From assembly GCA_002742885.1 (NCBI GenBank), contig PDOO01000029.1:9043-73042 (forward strand): DNA of 64,000 bases, read 5' to 3'. Made by a program: the position numbers and the translations under genes. How positions within the stretch are numbered: the stretch's first letter is position 1; every line of letters starts with the position of its first letter. The notes beneath the pieces are model-generated. The model was given only the letters and a program-made list of their open reading frames with translations. It had not been told where the DNA came from and did not search any database. The DNA comes from Candidatus Cloacimonadota bacterium (GTDB lineage: Bacteria > Cloacimonadota > Cloacimonadia > Cloacimonadales > GCA-2742885). Positions 1 to 10,272 of this stretch are shown in pieces.

Positions 1-1848
1 GCCGGAGTTGAACTTAATGTAATTTTGAAAGCTTTTTTTCTGGGGCTGAGATTTGATGTTTCGATTCTGGGATTTATTCTGGCTCCTGTTGTTTTATTCG
101 GTTCCATGCCTTGGATCGGTCTTGAATTTCATAGATTTTCCCGTCGCTTTTGGGCGACTTTTTCCGCTTTATTTTTCGGAGCAGTTACAATCGGACATAT
201 CGTTAATCTTGAATTTTTCAAAGAATACAATTCTCATCTTAACTTTACGGCAATTGAATACGCAAATAACGGCGGACTTATTGTTTATACGATATGGAGA
301 GAATCTCCGGTTATCCGTTACATTTTGCTTGCGGCTGCTTTTATTTTTATTTTTACTTTTTTGCAAAATAAGATTTTTAAAAGCATTAAGTTTGATTCTT
401 GGCGTATTCCCGGACGAATATTTTATTTTATTTTAACAGGCGGATTATTGTTCTTGGGGATTAGGGGAAGAACCAAAGAAGGCGTTATGAATTGGGGATT
501 GGCTTTTTTCAGTTCCGATAATATGGTTAATCAATTAACTCTGAATCCTATTTATAATCTTTCCAAAGATATTTATTATACCCAAAAAAATAAACGACAT
601 GACATTAAAAATAAATTGCAGTATTTTAAATCCAACCGGGAAGCGATTGATTTTACGGTAAAAGAAATTGTTGCTCCGACCGATTCTCTTATTGATCCCG
701 AATATCCTTTTTACAGGATGACTGATTTCGGTGAAGAGAAACAATATAATGTTGTTGTTTTGCTTATGGAAACAATGTCTGCCGAGTTGACCGGTATTTT
801 GGGAGGAAAACATAATCTTACTCCCAATTTTGATCGTTTGTCTAAAGAAGGTATTTTATTTAATAATTTTTATACTAACGGACAACGTTCCAATCGCGCC
901 GTCAGCTCTTCAATGTGTTCTTATCCTGTTTTGGCGGGGAAATCTATTTTGTTGCAAATAGAAGGTCAGCAACCTATGCCTTCTGTTCCGGGAATTTTAA
1001 AAAAACGCGGTTATTCGACAACTTTTCTTTACGGAGGAGATATTTCTTTTGACAACATGAAAGGATTTTTACGTTCCAAAGGAGTTGATAATTTTATTTC
1101 GGAAGAGGACTTCCCTCATAAATACAAATTAAATAAGTGGGGAGTTCCGGATCATCTCGTTTTTGACAGATTACTGGAAGTTATGGATAACAGTATCGGA
1201 AAACCGTTTTTTGCCATGCTTTTTTCTCTTACCAATCATGAACCTTTCGATGTCCCGGATAATATTGACTTTGGACACATTGATACGGGAGAACCGCTTA
1301 ATAAGCACTATAATACTTTTAAATATACGGACTGGGCAATAGGACGTTTTTTTGAGGAAGTAAAGAAAAGAGATTATTTCAAAAATACGATTTTCGTAAT
1401 TTTCGGGGATCACGGCAAAAGTTATCATCATGATTTGGCTTTTGATTATCGGATCAGCCATGTTCCCTGCCTTTGGTACGCTCCGGAAATTATCGGATCA
1501 TCTCCCGTAAATGAAAGATTGTCTTCGCAAATTGATATTGCTCCTTCTCTGTTTTCTCTTTTGGGCGGTAAATTCCCGCATTCTTTCTTCGGACGAAATA
1601 TGTTAAAAGAGCCTGCTGAACCGGTTGTCATAACAAAATATTCGCAGATGGGAATAATAGAAGACTCTCTTTACTACTATGCAAAAATAGGAGAACCGGG
1701 GAAATTAGCGAAATACAATAAATTTCCTGCGGAAGATATATCTTTATTGCATAAAGAAAAGTTAAAAGAGATGAGAAAATATCTCTACGGAATATCGCAA
1801 GCGGCTTATGATGTTTACAAATCCAAGAAAATTGCACCGAGACAATGA
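1..1848 (+). CDS. LTA-synthase / sulfatase-family membrane phosphotransferase (5' end probably outside the window)
   Basis: The reading frame is open from nt 1 and the track start at 25 is a TTG. A multi-TM N-terminus is followed by an alkaline-phosphatase-fold domain with LLMETMSAE, NHEPFDVP and FGDHG motifs typical of the LtaS/MdoB-like family. Confidence 0.75.
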   Translation, partial: AGVELNVILKAFFLGLRFDVSILGFILAPVVLFGSMPWIGLEFHRFSRRFWATFSALFFGAVTIGHIVNLEFFKEYNSHLNFTAIEYANNGGLIVYTIWRESPVIRYILLAAAFIFIFTFLQNKIFKSIKFDSWRIPGRIFYFILTGGLLFLGIRGRTKEGVMNWGLAFFSSDNMVNQLTLNPIYNLSKDIYYTQKNKRHDIKNKLQYFKSNREAIDFTVKEIVAPTDSLIDPEYPFYRMTDFGEEKQYNVVVLLMETMSAELTGILGGKHNLTPNFDRLSKEGILFNNFYTNGQRSNRAVSSSMCSYPVLAGKSILLQIEGQQPMPSVPGILKKRGYSTTFLYGGDISFDNMKGFLRSKGVDNFISEEDFPHKYKLNKWGVPDHLVFDRLLEVMDNSIGKPFFAMLFSLTNHEPFDVPDNIDFGHIDTGEPLNKHYNTFKYTDWAIGRFFEEVKKRDYFKNTIFVIFGDHGKSYHHDLAFDYRISHVPCLWYAPEIIGSSPVNERLSSQIDIAPSLFSLLGGKFPHSFFGRNMLKEPAEPVVITKYSQMGIIEDSLYYYAKIGEPGKLAKYNKFPAEDISLLHKEKLKEMRKYLYGISQAAYDVYKSKKIAPRQ

Positions 1849-1910
1849 TCTGAAAAATATTATTGATTGCGGCAGTAATTTAAATATTTAAATACTGCAA
1901 GATTTTTGTG

Positions 1911-3383
1911 TTATTGAGTAAAAAACAGCCATAAAAGCTGAATGCATCCGATCATAAAGCCTATTATACCGCCGAAAACAGTAATGTAGTGTAATTCTTT
2001 TTTGGCAACATTTCTAACAATTTCTTCCAGTTTTTGCAATGAAAAAGAAGAAACTTTTGTTTGGACTATTTCCCTGAAATTTACTGTTTTAATTATTTCG
2101 GGAAGCTTTTCTTTTAAGGTTTTATTTAACGTAAGCAAAGATTTTTCTTCTATATAAAGTTTCAGATTGCGAGGAACAAGCTTGCCCGGAGTTCCTATTT
2201 TTACCTTAGTCAAGCGAAGTAATATTTTAACGGTAAATTTCTTTGCTTCAAGCTTCAATTTATCCGATTTACAAAAAGTTTTTAAATTCCCGGCAAGTTG
2301 ATGAAAGTCTGCTTTTTGAAAAGATTCTTCGGCAACCGAAAATAAATAATTTTGAATATTTTCTCTGTTATATAAAGTTAATTGATATAATTTATTGCCG
2401 AGTTCGGATGCAATATCCGCTTTTTTCATAAATTTTGCAATATCGGCAAGTTTTACCTTACTGAGATCCGATAAAATTTTTTCGCTTTGGTGTTCCAAAA
2501 CATTCTCGGGAATGTTATCCGCAATATATCCGACCCAGCTTTCGCCGTTGCTTTGAATAACTTTCAAAATTACGCTTTTGATAAAATCCGGACTCAGAAA
2601 AGCCGACATCATGGAAAGTTCGGGCATTTCGGTAAGCGAAACCGAGATTTTATCTGCAATGCTTTCGCATAAATGTTGATTTTCAAAAATTGATCCCATT
2701 CCTGATGATAATTTTCTTAAAAATCCTGTCAGTTCCGTCTTTAAAATTTCAACTGCGCGATCATTAAGAAGAATTTCAAGAGTGTAATCAGATGAATCAA
2801 GATAATCGATAATTCCTTCTGTAAAACTTATCAGGAAGTCTGAAGAAAGAACATTGTTTGCCGTTTCTCCGACATATTTTTTTATGACCGAATTATCGGA
2901 TTTAAAATCGTCTGCAATTATTTTTTCCAAAAAAGATATTGTTTCGGAAAGGATTTGCCGATGGTTCTCGGAAGATAAATTTTCAAGAACTGAATCTACG
3001 ACTTTTTCGCTTAAATGCAACAGCATAACACTGAAATTTTCTTGCAGTTCAGGAGGTAGCATTTCCGATATTGAGGGAATTTCCGAGTTAAGCCGATTTT
3101 CCAAAGTTGCATGAATAGTATTTCTTAACATGCCTTGTACTTTTTCTGAATCAATTTTGGCGATAATATCTTCCGCATTCAAAAGATCGTTATGAACCGT
3201 TTCACCGATTTTTTCCGCTAAACGAAATTGATTTTTGGGGATAACGCCTTTGGGGATTAATTTCAAACCGCCTATTTTTTTGTCTTTATACGGTCTGAAA
3301 AGCATTATAACTGCTAAATAATTGGTGAATAAGCCGATAAATCCCCCTATAAAGGGCATGGCAAACATACTAGGATTAAGCAT
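1911..3383 (-). CDS. DUF445-family membrane protein
   Basis: The N-terminal TM segment plus 'FRPYKDKKIGGLKLIPKGVIPKNQFRLAEKIGETV' and a C-terminal TM with 'ITVFGGIIGFMIG' match my recollection of DUF445/YheB-like proteins. Confidence 0.6.
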   Translation of the reverse strand: MLNPSMFAMPFIGGFIGLFTNYLAVIMLFRPYKDKKIGGLKLIPKGVIPKNQFRLAEKIGETVHNDLLNAEDIIAKIDSEKVQGMLRNTIHATLENRLNSEIPSISEMLPPELQENFSVMLLHLSEKVVDSVLENLSSENHRQILSETISFLEKIIADDFKSDNSVIKKYVGETANNVLSSDFLISFTEGIIDYLDSSDYTLEILLNDRAVEILKTELTGFLRKLSSGMGSIFENQHLCESIADKISVSLTEMPELSMMSAFLSPDFIKSVILKVIQSNGESWVGYIADNIPENVLEHQSEKILSDLSKVKLADIAKFMKKADIASELGNKLYQLTLYNRENIQNYLFSVAEESFQKADFHQLAGNLKTFCKSDKLKLEAKKFTVKILLRLTKVKIGTPGKLVPRNLKLYIEEKSLLTLNKTLKEKLPEIIKTVNFREIVQTKVSSFSLQKLEEIVRNVAKKELHYITVFGGIIGFMIGCIQLLWLFFTQ

Positions 3384-3408
3384 TAAAAAAACTCCGTGAT
3401 CAAAAATT

Positions 3409-4380
3409 TTATAATTTATCGAGGGTTGAAGTTAATTTGGCTCTTATGTCGTCAATATCATCGAAAATAATTTCGGTAATGCAAGAGATAAGAGGTATGG
3501 ACAAATTGAATTTTGCCAGTTTTTGAATCGTTTTAGCCATGGAAACTCCTTCTACGACCATTCCTACTTCCGCCAATGCTTCATCTCTGCTCATCCCTTG
3601 AGCAAGGTACCTTCCGAAAGATCTGTTACGGCTGTTTTCAGATAAACAGGTGGTGATTAAATCTCCCATTCCGGCAATTCCGTAAACCGTATCTGTGGAT
3701 ACGCCCAAAAAATTCATTACAATATTAAATTCTCGCAAACCGTAAGTCATAATCAAACCGAAAATATTTGTTTTATAACCGAGTCCGTCTGCCAAGCCCA
3801 CGGCAATGGCAATCAACCCTTTTAAAGAAGCGCAAAGTTCTATGCCGTCCACATCCCGGCTGAATTCAAATTTGAGTAAACTGTTTTGAAGATGTTCCTG
3901 AAGATAAAATAAAAGAGAGACGTCAGAAGAAGCAATTATGGCTTTTGCGGGCAATCCTTCGGCAATTTCCCTGGCAATGGTGGGACCGCTCAAATTGGCA
4001 AAACGAGCCTCCGGCAAAACTTCTCTGATTATTTCGTGAATGGTTTTCAGAGAAGAATGTTTTACGCCTTTGGAGACATTGACCAGAATATTATTTTTTA
4101 CGCCTTTTTCTTTAAGCTCCAAAGCAACATTTTCTATCTTTCGGGACGGAACCGCCAAAATAATAATATCGTCTTCTTCAATGGGAGAAGCATATTTTTC
4201 TTCAGCCGTAATTGAAGCAGGTAAATTTATTCCCGGCAAAAATGTTTCGTTCATGCCTGCCTTGTTTATTTTATCGGCTTCTTCTTTATTTATTGTCCAA
4301 AGTCTGACATTTTTTCTTTCCGAAAAACAGATTGCCAAAGCAGTTCCCCAATTGCCTGCTCCCAAAATAATTATCTTCAT
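3409..4380 (-). CDS. gpsA: NAD(P)H-dependent glycerol-3-phosphate dehydrogenase
   Basis: N-terminal Rossmann motif 'MKIIILGAGNWGTALA', a length of 323 aa, and 'GLKGLIAIAVGLADGLG' / 'TCLSENSRNRSFG' blocks characteristic of GpsA. Confidence 0.9.
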   Translation of the reverse strand: MKIIILGAGNWGTALAICFSERKNVRLWTINKEEADKINKAGMNETFLPGINLPASITAEEKYASPIEEDDIIILAVPSRKIENVALELKEKGVKNNILVNVSKGVKHSSLKTIHEIIREVLPEARFANLSGPTIAREIAEGLPAKAIIASSDVSLLFYLQEHLQNSLLKFEFSRDVDGIELCASLKGLIAIAVGLADGLGYKTNIFGLIMTYGLREFNIVMNFLGVSTDTVYGIAGMGDLITTCLSENSRNRSFGRYLAQGMSRDEALAEVGMVVEGVSMAKTIQKLAKFNLSIPLISCITEIIFDDIDDIRAKLTSTLDKL

Positions 4381-4418
4381 AAATCTTCCTTTTTATAAAT
4401 GAATCGTAAAATTATTGC

Positions 4419-5666
4419 TTATTTCCTGAGTATCGGCATTGTCATGCAGCGACAACCGCCTCCGCCTCTTGCCAATTCAGAACCTTCTATGGTTACGACA
4501 CAACGTTTATAATCGTCAACATTTACTTTGTCGCTAATAACGTCAACCGCTTTGATTATTTCGAAACCGGCTCGGTTCATTGCCTCCATAGTGTAAACAT
4601 TGCGTCCGTAACCGAGAACTTTTCCGGGAGCAAAAGCAAAGAAATTGGCTCCGCTGTGCCATTGTTCGCGTTCTTGTATTCTTAAATCTTTCGATCCTCC
4701 GCAATAAACAGGCTCAAGATCCATGCCTAAATTTTTCAAAGCCGACAATAAATTATTTTCATCTTTGATCGAAACTGCTTTTCCGTTATCCGCAGTTATA
4801 TGAATCGTGCGATATTGGTTTGGAGTAAGAATAAGAGGAGCGTAAACCATGCAATGAGTTTTGTCCAATAAAGTGAAAACCATATCCAGATGAATAAAAG
4901 ATTCCGGGGTTTTAGGCAATTGTTGAATAATTATATGTCGTTTTTCTCGACTTTCCTTAATTTTTTTCAAAACATAATCAACGCCGCTCGTATTTGTTCT
5001 GTCTCCTACGCCGATAAGATAAATATCTTCCCTCGCAACCAGAAAATCGCCGCCCTCAACGGTTGCATTTTTAAATTCGGGATCATAAGCCGGATTCAAG
5101 GTTTCGGAAGAAAAGTATGAGTTATAATTGAAAATTGCTTCCATGATCATGGATTCTCCTGCTCGAACCGGACTCTTCATTTTACCTATTAACACATGAT
5201 TGCCGACAGACATTGAAGCGTCTCTGGTGAAGAAGAAGTTATGAAGAGGACGCAAAGCATAAACATCTTCGCTCATATATTTGGTCAGGGTATTTTTTTT
5301 CATAAGAACGCCTTGCATCAATTGAGAAGCGAGCAATCCGGCATTCATGGAAACCAAATCTTCATAAATTTCCGTTTGGTTTTCTTTTTCGCAAATATTT
5401 TTCAGTAATTTTTCTTTTGCCGTCTTGTTTTCTAAAACATTTTCCAATAAATCCGTAACTTCAAAAGTTTTTGTAAGTTTTGACAAGACGCCTTTCATTT
5501 GAGCATATTCGGGAGTTGCGACGGATAAATTAAGAATATCGCTGTACAATGCTTTTTCCGCATTTTGCGGGGTCATATTTTCTATTTCCTGACCGGGAGT
5601 GTGTAAAATTACTGCTTGGAGTTCTCCCGTTTCCGATTTTACTTCCGTCTTAAATTTATGTTCCAT
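4419..5666 (-). CDS. arcA: arginine deiminase
   Basis: 415 aa. It has N-terminal 'SETGELQAVILHTPGQE', 'FFTRD', 'HLDMVF' and the C-terminal catalytic 'GGGGCRCMTMPI' signature of arginine deiminase. No arcB/arcC lies adjacent. Confidence 0.85.
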   Translation of the reverse strand: MEHKFKTEVKSETGELQAVILHTPGQEIENMTPQNAEKALYSDILNLSVATPEYAQMKGVLSKLTKTFEVTDLLENVLENKTAKEKLLKNICEKENQTEIYEDLVSMNAGLLASQLMQGVLMKKNTLTKYMSEDVYALRPLHNFFFTRDASMSVGNHVLIGKMKSPVRAGESMIMEAIFNYNSYFSSETLNPAYDPEFKNATVEGGDFLVAREDIYLIGVGDRTNTSGVDYVLKKIKESREKRHIIIQQLPKTPESFIHLDMVFTLLDKTHCMVYAPLILTPNQYRTIHITADNGKAVSIKDENNLLSALKNLGMDLEPVYCGGSKDLRIQEREQWHSGANFFAFAPGKVLGYGRNVYTMEAMNRAGFEIIKAVDVISDKVNVDDYKRCVVTIEGSELARGGGGCRCMTMPILRK

Positions 5667-5732
5667 TTTTATCTCCGTTTGATTATGTTTGGGTAAAAGT
5701 ATTTTTATTAATTAATTGCAATACCTAAATTT

Positions 5733-8700
5733 TTAAGTTCTTTCTCCGGTCAATATTTTTATCCTCGGCTGATTCTGTAACGTTTGTTTGAAAAACTTAT
5801 CTCGGTCGCCGATTCGGATTAAAGCATTGTTCTTTTGCAGTTTTTTTAACAATTGCTCATAATGGATATTTTTTTTTACAAAGCCAGGAGTTCCGGTAAG
5901 AATAACATAATCTTTTGCCCTTGAAAGCATTACGTTTAATTTTCTGTCAACTTTTCCGTTACTGTTGACAGCCGTTATTGATTCGGGATCCGAATTTTTA
6001 TTTAATCCGAAGGAAAAAATAATCAAATTGCGTTCGGCTCCCTGAAAACGTTCTACGGTATCGACTGTTATTTGTTCAGAACCTGGAATTTTTCTGATTT
6101 CGTTTCCGATTAATCCGATTTGAGATCTGAAAGGAGTAATAATGCCGAGATATTCCGCCGGATTTTCCGGAAGATTCAGATTTCGCAAAATAACGGAGAT
6201 TAATTTTGCTTCTTCGTAATGACAATTCGTAAAATTAAATTCAGGCTTTGATTCAATGAAAATTACTCTTTTCCTGTATAAAATTTTTTCCAGAGGAGTC
6301 ATATCTTCGGATATTTTTATCTCATATTTTTGTTTTTCCGATGCGGGTTTTAATTTCCCGTCGTAGAAAGGATTTATCAAATCGGCAATTTTAGCGTGCA
6401 TTCTGAAATGTTCGCGCAAAACAACTGCGCTTTCGTCCCATTCGTTTTCTCTGCATCTAAAGAATAATCTTTCAAACAGAGAATTTCCCGACCAGGTAAA
6501 ATGAATTCTTCGAAGATTTTCGGAATGGATTTGCATTTTTTTCGGGTTCTGAGTAACTACAGCCGGCAATTGATTTTGGTCTCCTATCAAGATCATTTTG
6601 TCAAACTCGGAAGCGATCCCGATAATGTCTGATTCTAAGAGTTGAGCAGCTTCATCAACTATTAACACATCAAAACTTTTCAGATTTTTTATTTGACAGG
6701 ACATATTTTTAAAAGAGGCGACCGTACCGGTAAAAATACGACATTCCCTGATCTTTATTTTCAATTCCTCGAAAGAATATTTATGAATAAGATTATAAAT
6801 ATCTTCCTCGTTGCCGGAATTTCCGAAGCGGATGAAATTTAAATCTGCTTTTCTCAATTTATCTGAAATTTCTTCTATGCTGCGATTGGTAAATCCCAAA
6901 AGAAAAATATTTTCAAAATCGGTTTTTGCCAAAAGAGATTTTACGATATTCAGCAGGATATAAGATGTTTTTCCCGTGCCGGGAGGTCCCTGAATCAAAA
7001 AATAATCTTCGGTTTGAACGGCCTTGGTTACGATTTCTTTTTGAAGCGCTGTCAATTCATCGGATAATTCGGGAATGCAGTCATCGTACTCGGGTTTTCT
7101 TAATCCAAGCAATAACATTCTTTTATCTTTGTCTGCCGACGCAAAGCGAGTCATCTGATTAATTACGGAATAATAGCCGCGATCCATCATGTCATGTTCA
7201 ATTTGCCAAATTTGGTCTCTGTCAAAAAAATCATCATTAAAATAATGATTCCGGAATTTAACGTAAATTTTATCGGCGGTTCGGGATTGCAAAACACCTT
7301 TGTAAATTTGATTTTCTATCGGTGAAAATGAATTTACGGGGTAAATAACGATTATGTCATTCAAGCGGAAATTATCGATTTTGGAGTTTTGCTTTTCAAA
7401 ACAAATAATCTTTTCCGATTTATTGAATGAATGAAATCGTAGTTCTGAAATAATTTGATCGCTTTCTTTTTTTTCCTCTTGAGAAAGTAACCAAAGAGAT
7501 GAAAAGCCCGGGCGTAAACCGTTGCCTGATTTTGCTTCGATAAGTTCTCGGAATACAAAGGAAACGCATTCGTTGACATAATCTGTTTCAATCGGAGAAA
7601 GGCTGTTTATTTTTTTATTGATGTCATAAACAAAATCATGTTTAAACGGCGGTATTATCGTTTTTTGGGATTCAATAATCAGATCCGTAAATTTTTTCTT
7701 TTCGGAAGCAAGATCGATTATTAAAGAAACCGTAAAGTTTCTCAACATTACAAAGCGTTGAGCATCGTTTTTGCATTCTTTTACTTCCCGGATAAAATTA
7801 TTTTTAACTTTAGGGTAGAAAACAGCCGAATCTCCCGTTATTCTCTTTTTTATGTCATTCAGCAAAAGACGATAACCGATTACCTGCATTCTGTGATTCA
7901 GCCAAACGCCTTTTCCGTTCGGCGGATTGCCGCTTTTTAATTCGTAAATATCTTGTATTGCTTCCGATATTTTACTTTGCGCCAACACGTCCAAACGTCC
8001 CTGTAAACCGAATTTTGCTGAATAAAAAGACGGTTCGACCAAAATTTCTGAATCTCCCGTAATTGAAGAAAATTCAATTAATGCAGTTTGGTAAATATTT
8101 TTTATCTCCGAAAAAATTTCGGATAATTCCGAATTATCAAAATTCAGGGCTTGCAAGACATAAGCCTGTAATCTCTTGCCGAAAAAATCTTTTCCGTCGT
8201 TAAGTCCTCGAAAAAGAATCTCATCCAAAAAATCATTTACGATCATTCCTTTTATCATCGCCAATGATGGTTTTACGGATTCTGCATATTTCAGGAAAAA
8301 AAGATAAGGATTGGCTGTTTCGCGTTTATTTTTTTTATCCCAAACGAAAGTTTCCGCTGCTGAGCTTACATCAATTTGAAAATCAGGCATAAAAGCAATA
8401 ATCGAATCTTCCGAAACCGTAAAAATCTTTTCTTTAATCCAAATTATATTATCAAGGTAAAGTTTTTGATACTTACGCAAAACCTTATGAAGAAGATGGA
8501 ATTTTTTCCCCGAAGTTTCGGGTTTCCCTAAAGTTGACAAATCTTTTAAAATAAGTTCAAATTTTCCCGTATCTTCTGAATAAGCCTTAATTTTTTTTAC
8601 CCCGGAATCTTCTGTAAGATCAATAATAACGCAGAAAAAGCTCAATTTTTCTTTCCCGAAGACGCAATTTCTTTTTATTGTGTTTTTAAAGTCTGTATTT

Positions 8701-9068
8701 TTAAAGAGGTTATGCGGAGACGGAAAGGAAGAAAAATAATAAATAAGAAATTCAAAAGCAGCTGAGTATTCTTTCAGTAAATCAGGTTGAAAATTTTTCC
8801 CCTTGGTTTCTCTCAACAAAAACCAAAAGCATTTGCGAGGAAAATCTTCTACTTTTAAATATTCAAAAATAAATATTGCCGCAGGTTCTAAACCTGAAAA
8901 AATACTTTTGGATTCCGTATTGAAAGAATAGATGAAGGTTCTTAAAAGGTTATGGATTTTTAAACCTGCGTTTTTTTTCTCAAAAAAAATTTTACGCAGA
9001 TTTTCATAATAATAAAATGCTTTTTCTTTAGCAAGAACATTAAGGGCAGAAATGTTTTCCGGCATCAT
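5733..9068 (-). CDS. large SF1 (Upf1/DNA2-like) helicase with central PD-(D/E)XK-like nuclease motif
   Basis: 1111 aa. Walker A 'GPPGTGKTS', 'VDEAAQ' (motif II), 'IGDQNQLPAV' and 'TVERFQGAERNLIIFS' are present. Upstream, 'GRLDVL...IYELKSG' fits a D...(D/E)xK nuclease core. The N-terminal roughly 330 aa are unassigned. Confidence 0.75.
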   Translation of the reverse strand: MMPENISALNVLAKEKAFYYYENLRKIFFEKKNAGLKIHNLLRTFIYSFNTESKSIFSGLEPAAIFIFEYLKVEDFPRKCFWFLLRETKGKNFQPDLLKEYSAAFEFLIYYFSSFPSPHNLFKNTDFKNTIKRNCVFGKEKLSFFCVIIDLTEDSGVKKIKAYSEDTGKFELILKDLSTLGKPETSGKKFHLLHKVLRKYQKLYLDNIIWIKEKIFTVSEDSIIAFMPDFQIDVSSAAETFVWDKKNKRETANPYLFFLKYAESVKPSLAMIKGMIVNDFLDEILFRGLNDGKDFFGKRLQAYVLQALNFDNSELSEIFSEIKNIYQTALIEFSSITGDSEILVEPSFYSAKFGLQGRLDVLAQSKISEAIQDIYELKSGNPPNGKGVWLNHRMQVIGYRLLLNDIKKRITGDSAVFYPKVKNNFIREVKECKNDAQRFVMLRNFTVSLIIDLASEKKKFTDLIIESQKTIIPPFKHDFVYDINKKINSLSPIETDYVNECVSFVFRELIEAKSGNGLRPGFSSLWLLSQEEKKESDQIISELRFHSFNKSEKIICFEKQNSKIDNFRLNDIIVIYPVNSFSPIENQIYKGVLQSRTADKIYVKFRNHYFNDDFFDRDQIWQIEHDMMDRGYYSVINQMTRFASADKDKRMLLLGLRKPEYDDCIPELSDELTALQKEIVTKAVQTEDYFLIQGPPGTGKTSYILLNIVKSLLAKTDFENIFLLGFTNRSIEEISDKLRKADLNFIRFGNSGNEEDIYNLIHKYSFEELKIKIRECRIFTGTVASFKNMSCQIKNLKSFDVLIVDEAAQLLESDIIGIASEFDKMILIGDQNQLPAVVTQNPKKMQIHSENLRRIHFTWSGNSLFERLFFRCRENEWDESAVVLREHFRMHAKIADLINPFYDGKLKPASEKQKYEIKISEDMTPLEKILYRKRVIFIESKPEFNFTNCHYEEAKLISVILRNLNLPENPAEYLGIITPFRSQIGLIGNEIRKIPGSEQITVDTVERFQGAERNLIIFSFGLNKNSDPESITAVNSNGKVDRKLNVMLSRAKDYVILTGTPGFVKKNIHYEQLLKKLQKNNALIRIGDRDKFFKQTLQNQPRIKILTGERT

Positions 9069-9101
9069 ATCTCCGGCAATGATTATATTTTATAAAATGT
9101 T

Positions 9102-9500
9102 ACAGAGAAGACGGTAAGCCGAATTTTGTCCTTTACCTAAGAAGTAAAGTAATGTCTATTTATCTCAGTCGTACATTGCTGTTTCTCAAAAGGAACCTTT
9201 TAAGGACGACTTAAGCTGCCCACCCGAAAGTCTCAGGATCGGGCAGATCCTCTTTGCCGAAGCAAACGACTTTCCTATTTGGCATTGCACCGGATAAGGT
9301 TTACCTTGCATTTCGACTCACATCGAAACCGGTAGTCTCTTACACTGCCTTTTCACCCTTACCCGAAATAATTCGGGCGGTATAATTTCTGCGGCACTTT
9401 CTCCGCATCGCTGCGACTTTCCGTTAGAAAGTATCCTGCCCTGCGGTGTTCGGACTTTCCTCTTCGCCTCAAGACGAAGCAGACATTTCGTCTTCTCTGT
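9102..9500 (-). ncRNA. rnpB: RNase P RNA, bacterial type A
   Basis: This is a GC-enriched, ORF-free 460-nt gap. The minus strand reads 'GAGGCGAAGAGGAAAGUCCGAACACC' (conserved GAGGAAAGUCCG), 'GGGUAAGGGUGAAAAGGCAGUGUAAGAGACUACC', 'CCAAAUAGGAAA' and a 3' 'ACAAAAUUCGGCUUACCG'. The 5' ACAGAGAAGACG pairs with the 3' CGUCUUCUCUGU to form P1. Confidence 0.88.
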
Positions 9501-9531
9501 TTTAACTGAAATTAAAATAAAGGCGTTAAAT

Positions 9532-10269
9532 TTATTGCTGTTGCGATTCTTCGAGGGATGTCGGTATAAATATTCTTCCGCATGATTCGCATTGAATTAT
9601 TTTCGATTGGCTGACATCAATCTGGTTTTGCGGAGTCATGGCGTTTCCGCAACCCGAGCAGGCATTTTTTTTGTTATAAGCAAGAGCTCTTCTGTCAAAA
9701 TGTCTTTCAATTAAACGACGATATTTGTATATAATGTTTTTCGGAAGATTTATTGCCAAAGCATTTCGTTTTTCTTTGAATCCGCTTATTTCCTGATCGG
9801 TAACTTTAATCTCTTCTTCTATTTTTGATTCGTTTTCCTGAAGTTCTTTTTCCGCTTTTTCGAATTTACTTTCAGCTTCCGTCAACACTTCTTTCAGATT
9901 ATTTTCTTTTTCCATTAATTTAACGGTTTCTTCGTCAATTTTTTGATTTTTTTCTTTAAGGTGATTGATTTCGCTGTTTAAGGCTTTATATTCTTTATTT
10001 GTTTTAATAGAAGTTAATTGTTCAGAATATTTTGTAATAGTATCTTTGTGTGAACCTATTTTCAGTTCGTTTGATTTTTGAGATTTAATATTTTCTTCAA
10101 GTTTTTTCTTGGCGGCGGACATTTCTTTTTCGGCTTCTTCCAAATTGGATTTTAAACCCGAAAGTTTCTCCGGCAATTCCTTTTTCTTTTGATTAAGTTT
10201 GGTTATTTCATCTTCAAATACCTGCATTTTGACAAGTATTTCCAAGTTCTCTTTTGTTTTTTTATTCAT
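9532..10269 (-). CDS. coiled-coil protein with C-terminal C4 zinc ribbon (COG1579-like)
   Basis: A long Lys/Glu-rich coiled coil is followed by 'CSGCGNAMTPQ...CESCGRI' (CxxC...CxxC). Confidence 0.65.
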   Translation of the reverse strand: MNKKTKENLEILVKMQVFEDEITKLNQKKKELPEKLSGLKSNLEEAEKEMSAAKKKLEENIKSQKSNELKIGSHKDTITKYSEQLTSIKTNKEYKALNSEINHLKEKNQKIDEETVKLMEKENNLKEVLTEAESKFEKAEKELQENESKIEEEIKVTDQEISGFKEKRNALAINLPKNIIYKYRRLIERHFDRRALAYNKKNACSGCGNAMTPQNQIDVSQSKIIQCESCGRIFIPTSLEESQQQ

Positions 10270-10272
10270 TAT

